In this document: piece by piece, positions 7,837 through 18,876 of the stretch
Position numbering within the stretch: position 1 is the stretch's first letter
Layout of the letters: each line of letters begins with the position of its first letter
Assembly: GCA_000217635.1 (NCBI GenBank)
Contig: CP001817.1
Coordinates: 270,001 to 302,000 of the forward strand
DNA length: 32,000 bases
Source of the DNA: Candidatus Saccharimonadota bacterium
GTDB taxonomy: Bacteria; Pseudomonadota; Gammaproteobacteria; Enterobacterales; Enterobacteriaceae
Direction: 5' to 3'
The notes under the pieces: model-generated
What the model saw: only the letters and a program-made list of their open reading frames with translations
Database searches by the model: none
Told to the model about the DNA's origin: nothing
Program-made: the position numbers and the translations under genes

Positions 7837-9722
7837 ATGATATTAAAATTAAAAAAAGGATTCTTTAAATTATATAATCAATATCTTTTACAAGATATAA
7901 ATCTTGTAATTAATAAAAATGAAAAAATTTGTTTACTGGGAAATAATGGGGCTGGAAAATCCACATTATTAAATATAATTTATAAAAAAATACCATTGGA
8001 TAGTGGGGTTATTGAAAAAAAGAAGGAAATTAAGATAAATTATTTAAAACAAAAATTACCCATTAGAACATGTGAAACAATATATCAAAATATATATAAG
8101 AGCATAGAAAAAAAATCAAATTTTTTATTAGAGTATGAAAATTTAATTAATAAAAAAAAAATTATAGAAAAAAATTTATATAATAATCAAATATATTTTT
8201 TACAATCTCAAATAAGAAAAAATAATTTATGGGATAAATATATAATTGTTAATAAATTACTTAAAGAATTATCATTAAATAAATATTCAATATTGTCTTC
8301 TTTATCCGGGGGTAATTTACAAAAAGTTTCTATCATTAAAATTTTATCACGCTCATCAAACCTTTTGCTTTTAGATGAACCTACTAACCATCTAGATTGT
8401 GAAAGTATTATATGGCTAGAATCTTATATAAAAAAATTTTCCGGAAGTGTACTATTTGTTTCTCACGATCGTTTATTTATTAATAATATTGCAACTAATA
8501 TTGTTGAATTAAATAATAATACTTTAATTAATTGGAAAACAAATAAATATGAAAATTTTATAAAAAAAAATATATAGTGATGAAAATTGAAAAAATTCAA
8601 AATAAAAAATTTAAAAAATGCATTTAAAAAAATAGAAAATAAAAACAAACAGGGCGTTAAAGCACGCACAAAAAGAAATAAAAACCAATAGAACAACATA
8701 AAGATATGAAAAATATTATATCCCTAATTAATAAAAAAAAATATACAATACTCATCAATATCCAAAAATAATAAATATTTCAAATTCTTCCCATAAAACT
8801 ATGATTAAGATAAATAATATTAATCTAATATATAATAATATACATATAATAAAAAATTTTTCTGATAAAATATTATATGGCGAAAAAATAGCTCTTGTAG
8901 GCTCTAATGGATGCGGAAAAAGCAGTATATTAAAAATATTATTAAAAAAGCTGCTTCCAAATAATGGCAGTGTTACATATAGTAATCAAATCAAAATACA
9001 AGAATTAGATCAAGAATATGATCTTCTTGAAAAAAATAATTCAGTTTTAGAAAATCTTTCTTATGGCAAGGATAGTATTGAAATTAATAAAAAAACGTAT
9101 ACTATAATCGGGCTTTTAAAAAAGTTTCTTTTTTCTGAAGACCAAATTTATTCCCCTGCAAAATCTTTATCTGGAGGTGAAATTAGTCGATTATTGTTAT
9201 TAAAATTGTTTTTTAAACCAAGTAATGTATTAATTCTTGATGAACCAACAAATCATTTAGATTTTAAAATGTTAAATTTTTTAGAAAAATTTTTAATGAA
9301 CTACACTGGAACAGTAATTTTTGCAAGTCATGATCGATATTTTGTTAATAAAATATCAAAAAAATTATGGTTTTTTAATAAAAAAGGATCAATTTCTGTA
9401 AATATTGGTGATATTGAAAACATTTATCAAAAAATATATAAAGAAAAAAAATTTAGTTTAAAAACCATAATAAAAAAAAACCTAAAATTAGAATAAATCC
9501 TATAAATAAAAAATTAAATAAAGAACTAAAAGATATCCCTAAAAATATTGAAAAAATAGAAAAAAAAATTGAGAATATATATCAAGAAATAAATAATCAT
9601 AATTTTTATAGAAATAAAGCACAATATATTAAAGATGTATATAAAAAATTATATAAAGAAAAAATAAATTTAAAAATAAATTTTTATATTGGGAGAAACT
9701 AGAAAATATAAAAAATAATTAA
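7837..9722 (+). pseudogene. uup: ABC-F ATPase Uup, disrupted by multiple 1-nt frameshifts
   Basis: ORF 7837-8577 is ABC domain 1 (GNNGAGKST, LSGGNLQK, LLLLDEPTNHLD, SHDR). ORF 8801-9496 is ABC domain 2 (GSNGCGKSS, LSGGEISR, VLILDEPTNHLD, SHDR). The linker (QGVKARTKRN) and the C-terminal coiled coil (...LYWEKLENIKNN*) are present but in other frames. Six frame changes are needed to follow homology to the stop at 9720-9722. Confidence 0.85.
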
Positions 9723-9807
9723 TATTGATTAATTTATTTTAATAGAGAAATATAATACGAAAATCATATTATTCAATAAATATATAAATTTTTTTCAATA
9801 ATAGCTA

Positions 9808-10740
9808 TTAAATATTTAAACATTTTGTAGAACAATAAAAATTAAATTTTTTAGAACAATTTTTGCATTGAATAAACAATCTATGACACCGATGATATGC
9901 GCAATTAATATGAATACTATCAGTTAATTGATTACAATTTCTACATTTAGACAAAATATCATTTGTAACTCGTTCTGCTAATCGATTATCAAATACAAAT
10001 ATTTTTCCTTTAAAATACATCGGTAAAGAATATTTTTGAGTTTGGTTAATATATCCTAAAATTCCACCATATATTTGATAAACGTTTTTAAATTTATATT
10101 TTTTTAATAATCCAAAAGCTTTTTCGCAACGTATTCCTCCGGTACAATATAAAACTATTTTTTTATTTTTATAAGGTAATAAGGTTTCTTTAAGCATATC
10201 TAACTGTTCTCGAAATGTTTTAGAAGGTATTTCTAATGCCTGATAAAAATGTCCGATTTCATATTCATAATGATTTCGTATATCTACAAAAATAGATTTC
10301 GAATCTAAAAATAACTTATTCACTTGAAATGCATTCAAATAATATTTTGAAGAATTTTTTAAAATAGGTACATTATCAATATTGTTGGCAACAAGTTGTT
10401 TTCGAATTTTAATTTGTAATTTCCAAAATGCCATACTTTTGTTTTCAATAGAAAAATTAATATTAATATTACATAAGTTTATATTAATTTTTTTAAAAAA
10501 ACTCATAATTTTATTTACATAAGAATCAGGTACACTAATTTGTGCATTTATTCCTTCATTTGCAATATAAATTCGCCCCAATACATCGTATTTTTTTAAC
10601 CCTATTTGAATATCATTTAATAATTCTTTAGGATAAAATACATTAAAATATTTATATAACGATATAATTGTACGTTTTGTATAATTATGTAAACAAATAA
10701 TTTTCAATATTTTATTAGAAATAATATTTTTCTTTTTCAA
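9808..10740 (-). CDS. trhO: rhodanese-domain tRNA uridine(34) hydroxylase (YceA/TrhO family)
   Basis: 310 aa. It has EGINAQISVP, DIRNHYEYEIGHF, the active-site loop CTGGIRCEKA, and a C-terminal Cys-rich region. It is colinear with E. coli YceA. Confidence 0.88.
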   Translation of the reverse strand: MKKKNIISNKILKIICLHNYTKRTIISLYKYFNVFYPKELLNDIQIGLKKYDVLGRIYIANEGINAQISVPDSYVNKIMSFFKKININLCNININFSIENKSMAFWKLQIKIRKQLVANNIDNVPILKNSSKYYLNAFQVNKLFLDSKSIFVDIRNHYEYEIGHFYQALEIPSKTFREQLDMLKETLLPYKNKKIVLYCTGGIRCEKAFGLLKKYKFKNVYQIYGGILGYINQTQKYSLPMYFKGKIFVFDNRLAERVTNDILSKCRNCNQLTDSIHINCAYHRCHRLFIQCKNCSKKFNFYCSTKCLNI

Positions 10741-10810
10741 AATTTAATAATTCCTTTTTACTTATAAAACACAAAATTTAGAATATAAATTTATATATAA
10801 GTTATATTAA

Positions 10811-13672
10811 TTAAATTTCACTATCTTTTATATAATAAAAATTTTTTTGTTGAATCAACTTATCAAATATTATATTATTTTTTTTTAAACTTTCGATTTT
10901 TTCTAAAACAATAGTTTTCGGGGCATATTTAATAAAACTTTCATTCTTTAAGGTCTTATTTATTTTATTAATAAATTTTTGAATATGAACAATTGATTTA
11001 TTTAATCGTAATAATTCTGTTTTTATATTTATTGAATGAGAAAGGGGAATAAATAATTCGGTATCATCAACTATTCTATATATTGAAGAAGACGTTTGAG
11101 TATATCTAAAAAGTATAACGATATTTTTTACATAAAAAGTTTTTTTTAAAAAATTATAATTTTCTTCTATAAAAATTCTTTTATACATTGAGAAACACTT
11201 AATATATAGTTGCAAACTAAAATTATACCGTACGCCGATATCAATACGTATACTACGTAATTCCAAAGATACTTTTTGAATCCATTTAATAAATTTAAAT
11301 AAATATAAAGGATGTTGATTTTCTTTATATATAGGAAAAGATTCTAAAAGAACTGACTTTATAGGACGATTGTATAATTTATTAAAATTTTCCCATAACA
11401 TATCTGTAATAAATGGTGCAATAGGATGTAATAAACGTATAATTGAACTAAAAACAACAAATAATGTATATTTAACGGACTCCACTTCTTGGTTCGAACC
11501 TGTATTTAAAATTGGTTTAATTGTCTCTAAATAATAATCACAAAAATCACGCCATATAAACTTATACAATAAAGATACAATCTTATCAAAACGATATTTT
11601 TTAAAAAAAATATGATAATTTTTAATAATTATATTTAATTTTAATATTATCCATAGATCTAGAAAAGATTTTTTTAATTTTTTTTGTTTTAAATCTCTTG
11701 TCATATTTAAAAATATAAATCGACTCGCATTCCATAGTTTATTACAAAAATATTTATATCCTTTTAATCTATTCATATCCCAATGTATATTGCGACTAGT
11801 GGATACTAATGATAACAAAGTTAATCGCAATGCATCAGCACCATGAGACTCAATACCATTAGGAAATTGTTTTTTAGTATAAGATATAATTTTTGATAAT
11901 AATTTTGGTTGCATTAAGTTATGAGTTCTTTTTTCTATTAATTTTGATAACTTAATTCCATCTATTAAATCTAACGGATCTAGAGTATTTCCTCTAGATT
12001 TAGACATTTTTTTCCCTTCTTCGTCTTTAATTAATCCTGTAATATATAATTTTTTAAATGGTACTTGTATAATATTATTTATTTTTTTCATTACATACGT
12101 TGTGATCATAATCATTCGAGCAATCCAAAAAAATATTATATCAAATCCTGATACTAATATATTAGTAGGATGAAAATTTTTAATTTTTTTTTTATCAGAT
12201 GGCCAACCTAAACCTGCAAAAGTCCATAAACTAGAAGAAAACCAGGTATCTAAAACATCCGTATCTTGTGTTAAAACAATACTATCTGGAATTAAATATT
12301 CTTTTCTAATTGATTTTTCATTTTTTCCAACATAAACATTATTATTTATATTATCATACCAAATAGGAATTTGATGTCCCCACCATATTTGACGTGAAAT
12401 ACACCAATCTTCAACATTATTCATCCAAGCTAAATACATATTTAGATATTGTTGCGATAAAAATAAAACTTTTCTTTTTTTTACCATTTCAATAGCAGTA
12501 TTAGCTAATTTTTTGGTTTTTAAATACCATTGATTGGTTAACATAGGCTCTAAAATTATTCCACTACGATCACCATAAGGAATAGAACTGTTATATATTT
12601 CAATTTTTTTTAAATATTGCATTTCTTTTAGCATAGATAAAATTTTTTTTCGAGCTATAAATCTATCTAATTTTTTTAATATATCTGGGATTTGAATATT
12701 ATCTTTATATGTTATACTTCCATTCTGATTAAAAATTTCTAATCGATCTAATATTTTTCCGTCAAATGTAAAAATGTTAATCATTGGTAATTTATGAATT
12801 TTTGCTATATTATAATCATTAAAATCATGTGCAGGAGTAATTTTCATACATCCTGTACCTTTATTCATATCAATAGTATAATCACTTATAATAGGAATAA
12901 CACGTCCTATAATAGGAACCAAAACAAAACGACCAATATATTTTTTATATCGAATATCCCTAGGATGAACAGCAATAGCGGTATCACCGAGTAAAGTCTC
13001 AGGACGTGTAGTAGATACAATTAAATATTTTATTTTTTCAATTTTATGTTTTTTTTGTACTAATAAATATTTTATATACCACATATTATGTGATACTGTT
13101 CGATGTTCTACCTCTAAATCAGATACAACTGTTTTAAGGCTCGGATCCCAATAAACTAGTTTTTTACTTTTATAAATATAATTATCTTTATATAACAAAA
13201 TAAAAACTTTTTTTACAGCTTTAGAAAAATTTTTATCTAAAGTAAATCTACTATCATTAACATTAATAAAATTACCTAACCGTTTAACTTGATAAAAAAT
13301 ATTAGATTCAAATTTTTTTTTCCAATTCAAAATTTCTTTTATAAACTCTTTTCTAGAATACGAATCTCTTTTTCTTCCTTTTTTAGTTAATAAATAATTT
13401 TCAACAACCATTTGTGTTGCAATACCTGCATGATCAGTACCTAGTTGAAATAAAACATTTTTTCCTAACATATAATTATATCGTATTAACGAATCCATAA
13501 TCGCCTGTTGAAATGCATGTCCCATATGCAAGGAACCTGTAATGTTAGGCGGCGGCATCATAATACAAAAAAACTTTTTATTAGAATTAATATCTTTTTT
13601 AAAAATATTGTTTTTATCCCAACATTTTTGTATATATCTTTCTATTTTATAAGGATTATATGTTTTTTCCAT
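10811..13672 (-). CDS. valS: valyl-tRNA synthetase
   Basis: MEKTYNP... is identical to the E. coli ValRS start. It has the HIGH-type motif PPPNITGSLHMGHAF, KMSKS (KMSKSRGN), and WCISRQ.WWGH. The ORF track extends 4 codons further (MKII, ATG at 13684), and either ATG is possible. Confidence 0.96.
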   Translation of the reverse strand: MEKTYNPYKIERYIQKCWDKNNIFKKDINSNKKFFCIMMPPPNITGSLHMGHAFQQAIMDSLIRYNYMLGKNVLFQLGTDHAGIATQMVVENYLLTKKGRKRDSYSRKEFIKEILNWKKKFESNIFYQVKRLGNFINVNDSRFTLDKNFSKAVKKVFILLYKDNYIYKSKKLVYWDPSLKTVVSDLEVEHRTVSHNMWYIKYLLVQKKHKIEKIKYLIVSTTRPETLLGDTAIAVHPRDIRYKKYIGRFVLVPIIGRVIPIISDYTIDMNKGTGCMKITPAHDFNDYNIAKIHKLPMINIFTFDGKILDRLEIFNQNGSITYKDNIQIPDILKKLDRFIARKKILSMLKEMQYLKKIEIYNSSIPYGDRSGIILEPMLTNQWYLKTKKLANTAIEMVKKRKVLFLSQQYLNMYLAWMNNVEDWCISRQIWWGHQIPIWYDNINNNVYVGKNEKSIRKEYLIPDSIVLTQDTDVLDTWFSSSLWTFAGLGWPSDKKKIKNFHPTNILVSGFDIIFFWIARMIMITTYVMKKINNIIQVPFKKLYITGLIKDEEGKKMSKSRGNTLDPLDLIDGIKLSKLIEKRTHNLMQPKLLSKIISYTKKQFPNGIESHGADALRLTLLSLVSTSRNIHWDMNRLKGYKYFCNKLWNASRFIFLNMTRDLKQKKLKKSFLDLWIILKLNIIIKNYHIFFKKYRFDKIVSLLYKFIWRDFCDYYLETIKPILNTGSNQEVESVKYTLFVVFSSIIRLLHPIAPFITDMLWENFNKLYNRPIKSVLLESFPIYKENQHPLYLFKFIKWIQKVSLELRSIRIDIGVRYNFSLQLYIKCFSMYKRIFIEENYNFLKKTFYVKNIVILFRYTQTSSSIYRIVDDTELFIPLSHSINIKTELLRLNKSIVHIQKFINKINKTLKNESFIKYAPKTIVLEKIESLKKNNIIFDKLIQQKNFYYIKDSEI

Positions 13673-13774
13673 AATTATTTTCATTATATAGTTATTGTAA
13701 AAAATTTATATTAATTGTAACTATAAAAAATAAATAAAATATATTAATTAATATATAATTATTTAATAAATTAT

Positions 13775-15280
13775 TTATATAAATATTTTAGATTGATTTA
13801 AAAGATATTCGCATAATAATTTATTTGGTCGTCCTGTTGACCCTTTATTTTTATATATTGACGATGCAGTTCCTGCAATATCCAAATGAGCCCAAGGATA
13901 ATCTTTTACAAATTTAGATAAAAAACATGCAGCTACACTAGCTCCCGCTAAACCCTTATCAGAATTATTTAAATCAGCTACTATAGATTTTAAATCATTC
14001 TCATAATCTGAATGTAAAGGTAATTGCCATACTAAATCATTACTAACATTTCCAGACTGTATTAAATCATTAGCTAATTTCTTATTGTTACTCATTAATC
14101 CAGTATAAGTAGCTCCTAATGCTACCATACAAGCCCCTGTTAATGTAGCTATGTCAATAACTAATAAAGGGTTAAACCTAGAAATATATGTTAATACGTC
14201 ACATAAAATTAATCTACCTTCAGCATCTGTATTTAAAACCTCTACTTTTTTTCCAGACATAGTAGTAATAATATCACCGGGACGATAAGAATTTTTTCCG
14301 ATCATATTATCACATCCAGCAAGAATTCCAATAACATTAATAGGTAACCTTAACTCAGATAAAGTAGTTATAATACCGAACACTGAAGCTGCTCCCGACA
14401 TATCATATTTCATTTCATCTAAATTTTTTGATGGTTTAATTGATAATCCCCCTGAATCAAATGTTACACCTTTACCAATTAAGACAATAGGACGTTTCTG
14501 ATTATTAATATTTCCATTATATTTTATAATAGACATAAACGGTAAATTTAAAGAACCGTATGAAACAGATAAGTACGCATTCATCTGTAATTGTTTCATT
14601 TCTTGCTGATTAATAATTATTGTATTTAATAAATCTGGGTATTCTAATTGTAAATTTTTCGATTTTTCAGATAAATATTCAGCATTACATAAATTTGGAG
14701 GCATATTACATAAATTTTTAGTTCTAATTATACCTTTTACAATGGCATTAGAATGTTTTAAAGCTAATTCTGCATTCTTTAAATGTTTTAGATTTTCTAT
14801 ATTTAGAATAATATTTTTTATTACCCTCATTATCCAAAATATATTTAAATTTTTAAATTCATCATTTTGTATAATTTCTTTAGATGTTTCAATAAAAAAT
14901 TTAATCTTTCGATATGCATTTAAATTTAAAACACAACAATTTATTAACAAACATAATATATTTTTTACATGCATTTCTATTAATTTTTTTATACATACAA
15001 TAATTATTTTTTCATAATCAGATTGATTAATTATATTTGTCTCACCACATCCTACCAATAAAATTCGTTTATCTACCATAGTGGGGATCTTATACAATAA
15101 TAAAATTTGCCCGATTTTTCCTTGAAAATCACCGTATTTAATAATTTTTAATATATATTTTTTACTTTTTCGTTTATTACATTCGTCGAATTTAAAAAAA
15201 ACATCCGATTCACCAATTCCAATAACTATGCAATCAATTAACGTATCAAAGTTATTATTATAACAAATAGAAAATTTCAT
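13775..15280 (-). CDS. pepA: leucyl aminopeptidase (cytosol aminopeptidase A)
   Basis: MKFSI... (E. coli MEFSV), VGKGVTFDSGG.SIKP, the NTDAEGRL signature, and ATLTGAC. The ATG at 15280 lies 7 nt after AAGG (15288-15291). The ATG at 15286 used by the ORF track is only 1 nt from it. Confidence 0.93.
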   Translation of the reverse strand: MKFSICYNNNFDTLIDCIVIGIGESDVFFKFDECNKRKSKKYILKIIKYGDFQGKIGQILLLYKIPTMVDKRILLVGCGETNIINQSDYEKIIIVCIKKLIEMHVKNILCLLINCCVLNLNAYRKIKFFIETSKEIIQNDEFKNLNIFWIMRVIKNIILNIENLKHLKNAELALKHSNAIVKGIIRTKNLCNMPPNLCNAEYLSEKSKNLQLEYPDLLNTIIINQQEMKQLQMNAYLSVSYGSLNLPFMSIIKYNGNINNQKRPIVLIGKGVTFDSGGLSIKPSKNLDEMKYDMSGAASVFGIITTLSELRLPINVIGILAGCDNMIGKNSYRPGDIITTMSGKKVEVLNTDAEGRLILCDVLTYISRFNPLLVIDIATLTGACMVALGATYTGLMSNNKKLANDLIQSGNVSNDLVWQLPLHSDYENDLKSIVADLNNSDKGLAGASVAACFLSKFVKDYPWAHLDIAGTASSIYKNKGSTGRPNKLLCEYLLNQSKIFI

Positions 15281-15554
15281 ATACATACCTTAATATATAA
15301 AAAATTAAAAATAAACATAAAAATTTATATATATAATAAAAATTTTTACATTATGATTAAATATGAATTTAATTTCAGATAATTAAATATTATATAATAT
15401 TTATATTTTATATAAAATAACGTTTTATATAAAAGATATTAAATATTAAATATTAATATTCTTTCTTTTTTCAATTAAACAAATTTTGTAAAGTCTATAT
15501 ATTTTTGATACAATAAAGCTATTATATTTCAAAAAATAAAATAGAGTTTTTTTT

Positions 15555-16559
15555 ATGAAAACATTATTTAAGAAAAATTTTTTAAAATTTTCAGATTTTA
15601 CAAAAAAAGAAATTTTATTTTTAATAAACTTTTCCATTTTTTTAAAAAAACAAAAAATGAAAACAAAGAAAATAAAATTTTTAAAAAAAAAAAATATAGC
15701 ATTAATTTTTGAAAAAAAATCAACCAGAACACGATGCGCATTTGAAATTGCTGCACGTGATCAAGGTGCTTATACAACTTATTTGAATTCAAAAGATACA
15801 CATTTGGGATACAAAGAATCTATTGAAGATACCGCAAAAGTTTTAGGATGTATGTATGATGGAATTCAATATCGTGGTTATAATGATAAAACGTTACATC
15901 TTCTAGCTAAATATTCTAATATACCTGTATGGAACGGTTTAACAGATATGTTTCATCCTACTCAATTATTAGCTGACCTTGTTACTATTGTAGAAATTTA
16001 TCCAAAAATTTTATTTGAAAAACTACATATTGCTTATATCGGAGATGCTAAAAATAATATCGCTAATACATTAATAGATGCAGCATATATATTAGGTTTT
16101 AATTTAAATATTATCGCACCCAAAATATATTGGCCAGAAAAAAATATTTTAAATATGTCTAAAAATAACAAAAAAAGAGCGAAAATTACTTGTACAGAAA
16201 ACATTGCAGATGGAGTTAAAAATATTGATTTTATTTATACAGATACCTGGATATCTATGGGGGATAAAAAAACGTGCTGGAAAGAAAAAATAGAAAATTT
16301 AAAAGATTATCAAGTAAATCAAAAAATACTTAAATTAACTAAAAATGTTAATATAAAAATATTACATTGTTTACCAGCATTACATGATAAAAATTCTACA
16401 ATTGGTTTAGAAATACATAAAAAATATAATTTTTCTTCCGGAATAGAGATTTCCAATGACATTTTTTCTTCAAAAGCAAATTTAAGTTTTCAACAATCTA
16501 TAAACAAATTACATTCTGCTAAAGCACTATTAATTTCAACATTATCTGATAAATATTAA
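15555..16559 (+). CDS. argI: ornithine carbamoyltransferase
   Basis: 334 aa. It has the carbamoyl-phosphate motif STRTRCAFE, HPTQ, DTWISMG and HCLPA. It is the same length as E. coli ArgI and colinear with it. It contains an in-frame A12 tract at 15683-15694. Confidence 0.94.
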   Translation: MKTLFKKNFLKFSDFTKKEILFLINFSIFLKKQKMKTKKIKFLKKKNIALIFEKKSTRTRCAFEIAARDQGAYTTYLNSKDTHLGYKESIEDTAKVLGCMYDGIQYRGYNDKTLHLLAKYSNIPVWNGLTDMFHPTQLLADLVTIVEIYPKILFEKLHIAYIGDAKNNIANTLIDAAYILGFNLNIIAPKIYWPEKNILNMSKNNKKRAKITCTENIADGVKNIDFIYTDTWISMGDKKTCWKEKIENLKDYQVNQKILKLTKNVNIKILHCLPALHDKNSTIGLEIHKKYNFSSGIEISNDIFSSKANLSFQQSINKLHSAKALLISTLSDKY

Positions 16560-16646
16560 TTAATTAGATAAAATAAATATTTTTATAAAATATTTAATAT
16601 TATTAGCAATTTTTTTATAGTTTAAAATAAAGACAGCCTAATTAAA

Positions 16647-17033
16647 ATGAAAAATATAAAATCATCCAATAAAGAAATAAAAATATATGGACCATATGCA
16701 CCCTATATTAAATCTGGAAATTTACTGTATATCTCTGGGCAAATTCCAATCGATAATAAAAATAAATTTATTCCTAAAAATATATCAGAACAAACCTGTT
16801 TGTCTCTAAAAAATATTAAAAATATATTAAATATCAATAATTTATGTATGAAACATATTATAAAAACAACAATTTTTACTACAAAATTAGAACAATTAAA
16901 AGAAATAAACTTATCTTATTCAAATTTTTTTAAAAAATATACTAATTTATATCCTACCCGATCATGCGTTGGAGTCTTAAATTTACCAAAAAATGTTTTA
17001 ATAGAAATTGAAGTAATCGCCTCATATAAATAA
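16647..17033 (+). CDS. ridA: RidA/YjgF-family enamine/imine deaminase
   Basis: 128 aa. It has GPYAPYIKSGNLLYISGQIP and PTRSCVGV..LPK...IEIEVIA, and is colinear with E. coli RidA (128 aa). Confidence 0.88.
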   Translation: MKNIKSSNKEIKIYGPYAPYIKSGNLLYISGQIPIDNKNKFIPKNISEQTCLSLKNIKNILNINNLCMKHIIKTTIFTTKLEQLKEINLSYSNFFKKYTNLYPTRSCVGVLNLPKNVLIEIEVIASYK

Positions 17034-17040
17034 TAAAATA

Positions 17041-17059
17041 TATGCCACACAGTGGCATA
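17041..17059. terminator. bidirectional terminator hairpin between the convergent genes ridA and deaD
   Basis: TATGCCAC-ACA-GTGGCATA forms a perfect 8-bp stem that is GC-containing, which is unusual in this DNA. It lies 8 nt after the ridA stop and 6 nt after the deaD stop, with A/T-rich runs on both sides. Confidence 0.5.
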
Positions 17060-17064
17060 ACATT

Positions 17065-18876
17065 TTAAAAATTTATTAATTTAATTATATTTTTAGTATA
17101 TATATTAAAAAATTTATACTCGTCTAGACCTATTTTTTTTGAAAAATATCCCATTCTATTAATAAAATTTTTTCGAATATCATTACTTTTACTATTTTTT
17201 ATCGGTTTAATGCACATCTGTTTATTTAATATACGAGTTCGAGATAAATGATTTAATAAACTATTAGAAATATTTTTCGGTAACTCTACTGTAGAATATG
17301 TAGAAAATACTCTTACATTACCAATGCGTTGACTACTAATATTTCCTTCATTAGCAATAGCTCCAACAATATGACGAATTTCTATTCCATCATCTTTTCC
17401 AACTTCAATTCGAAATGTTTGTATTTCATCTGTTTTTTGAAAATCTTTTGTTGTAGAACGAAATTTATTATCTAAAGTTTTAATATGTTTTTTACGACGA
17501 ACGGTACGAAGAAAAGCAATAGAACTATTATTTTTTTTAAAAGATGGAAATATTTTTTTATCGGGCTTAACAATTAAGGGTCTCTCTCCTTGCGCTAACT
17601 TTAATAAAGCAGCGGATAATTTTTCAAAATTTACTGGTTCCTTTAATTTAAATTTTGGTAACAATAAACGATATTCCTCTAAATCTGGACTATTAAGTTC
17701 TTTTTGTATTTTTTCTGAAAATTTTTGTAATCTCCGTTGACTTAATAATTCACTTTTAGGTAAGATTACTTCTGGTATTGTTAACTTTACAATTCTTTCA
17801 ATATTACGTAATAATCTTCTTTCTCTATTTTCTACAAATAATAACGCTCTTCCAGTACGACCAGCACGACCTGTTCTACCAATACGATGTACATACGATT
17901 CTGCATCCATTGGAATATCATAATTAATTACAAAACTAATACGATCGACATCTAATCCGCGAGCTGCAACATCTGTCGCGATTAAAATATCAAGTTTTCC
18001 ATTTCTTAATCGGTCTAAAGTTTGTTCTCTTAATGATTGATTCATATCGCCATTTAATGCCGCGCAATTATATCCATTTTTTTCTAAAACATCAGCGACC
18101 TCTAAAGTAGCGCTTTTAGTTTTTACAAAAATAATTGTAGCTGAAAAATCTTCCATTTCTAAAAATCGAATTAACGCTTCAGTTTTTTTTCCATAAACCA
18201 TCCAATAACTTTGTTGGATATTAGGTCGCGTAATTCCAGTCGATTGAATTTTTATTTCTACCGGTTTAACCATAAAACGTTTTGAAATTCTACGAATAAT
18301 ATCAGGCATCGTAGCAGAGAATAAAGCTGTTTGATGTTTTTTTGGAAGTTTTGACATAATATTTTCTACATCTTCAATAAATCCCATGCGCAACATTTCA
18401 TCAGCTTCATCTAAAACAAAACTATTTAGATGCGTTAAACTTAAAGTTCCTCTTTTTAAATGATCTAATAAACGACCCGGAGTTCCTACTACAATTTGTG
18501 GTCCTTGACGTAATAATCTTAATTGTACTTCATATTTTTGACCTCCATATAAAGGTAAAACATTTATACCTTTTATATATTTTGAAAATTCTGAAAATGC
18601 TTCTGCCACTTGAACCGCTAATTCACGGGTCGGAGTTAATACTAAAATTTGTGGAGATTTAAAAATGTTTTTTATATTATGCAATAACGGTAATGCAAAT
18701 GCAGCAGTTTTTCCACTTCCCGTTTGAGCCATCCCTAATACATCTTGTCCTAATAACAAATAAGGAATACAAGAAGATTGAATGGGAGAAGGTTTCTGAT
18801 AACCTAAATCATCTAAAGATTTTAATAATAAAGAATTTAAACCAAATATTGAAAATGAATTATGAATTTGAGTCAT
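17065..18876 (-). CDS. deaD: DEAD-box ATP-dependent RNA helicase DeaD/CsdA
   Basis: 603 aa. It has the Q motif (PSPIQ), [18 protein letters not shown] (VLDEADEM), SAT, and [11 protein letters not shown]. The core is highly similar to E. coli DeaD and the C-terminal tail is shorter. Confidence 0.96.
   Translation of the reverse strand: MTQIHNSFSIFGLNSLLLKSLDDLGYQKPSPIQSSCIPYLLLGQDVLGMAQTGSGKTAAFALPLLHNIKNIFKSPQILVLTPTRELAVQVAEAFSEFSKYIKGINVLPLYGGQKYEVQLRLLRQGPQIVVGTPGRLLDHLKRGTLSLTHLNSFVLDEADEMLRMGFIEDVENIMSKLPKKHQTALFSATMPDIIRRISKRFMVKPVEIKIQSTGITRPNIQQSYWMVYGKKTEALIRFLEMEDFSATIIFVKTKSATLEVADVLEKNGYNCAALNGDMNQSLREQTLDRLRNGKLDILIATDVAARGLDVDRISFVINYDIPMDAESYVHRIGRTGRAGRTGRALLFVENRERRLLRNIERIVKLTIPEVILPKSELLSQRRLQKFSEKIQKELNSPDLEEYRLLLPKFKLKEPVNFEKLSAALLKLAQGERPLIVKPDKKIFPSFKKNNSSIAFLRTVRRKKHIKTLDNKFRSTTKDFQKTDEIQTFRIEVGKDDGIEIRHIVGAIANEGNISSQRIGNVRVFSTYSTVELPKNISNSLLNHLSRTRILNKQMCIKPIKNSKSNDIRKNFINRMGYFSKKIGLDEYKFFNIYTKNIIKLINF

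Noticed and set aside
8575-8583. Three consecutive stop codons, TAG TGA TGA, at the end of the first uup ORF look like a deliberate strong stop.
   Set aside because: The homologous reading frame leaves frame 1 at the A9 run just upstream. In that frame the same bases read ATA GTG ATG (I V M), so the triple stop is an out-of-frame coincidence.
15362-15379. TATGAATTTAATTTCAGA lies upstream of argI and resembles an ArgR ARG box (TNTGAATWWWWATTCANW) with 1 mismatch.
   Set aside because: It is a single box with no partner at the 21-bp phasing. It sits about 175 nt from the argI ATG in DNA where A/T-rich near-palindromes are common. I cannot tell whether argR exists in this genome. At best it is a relic.
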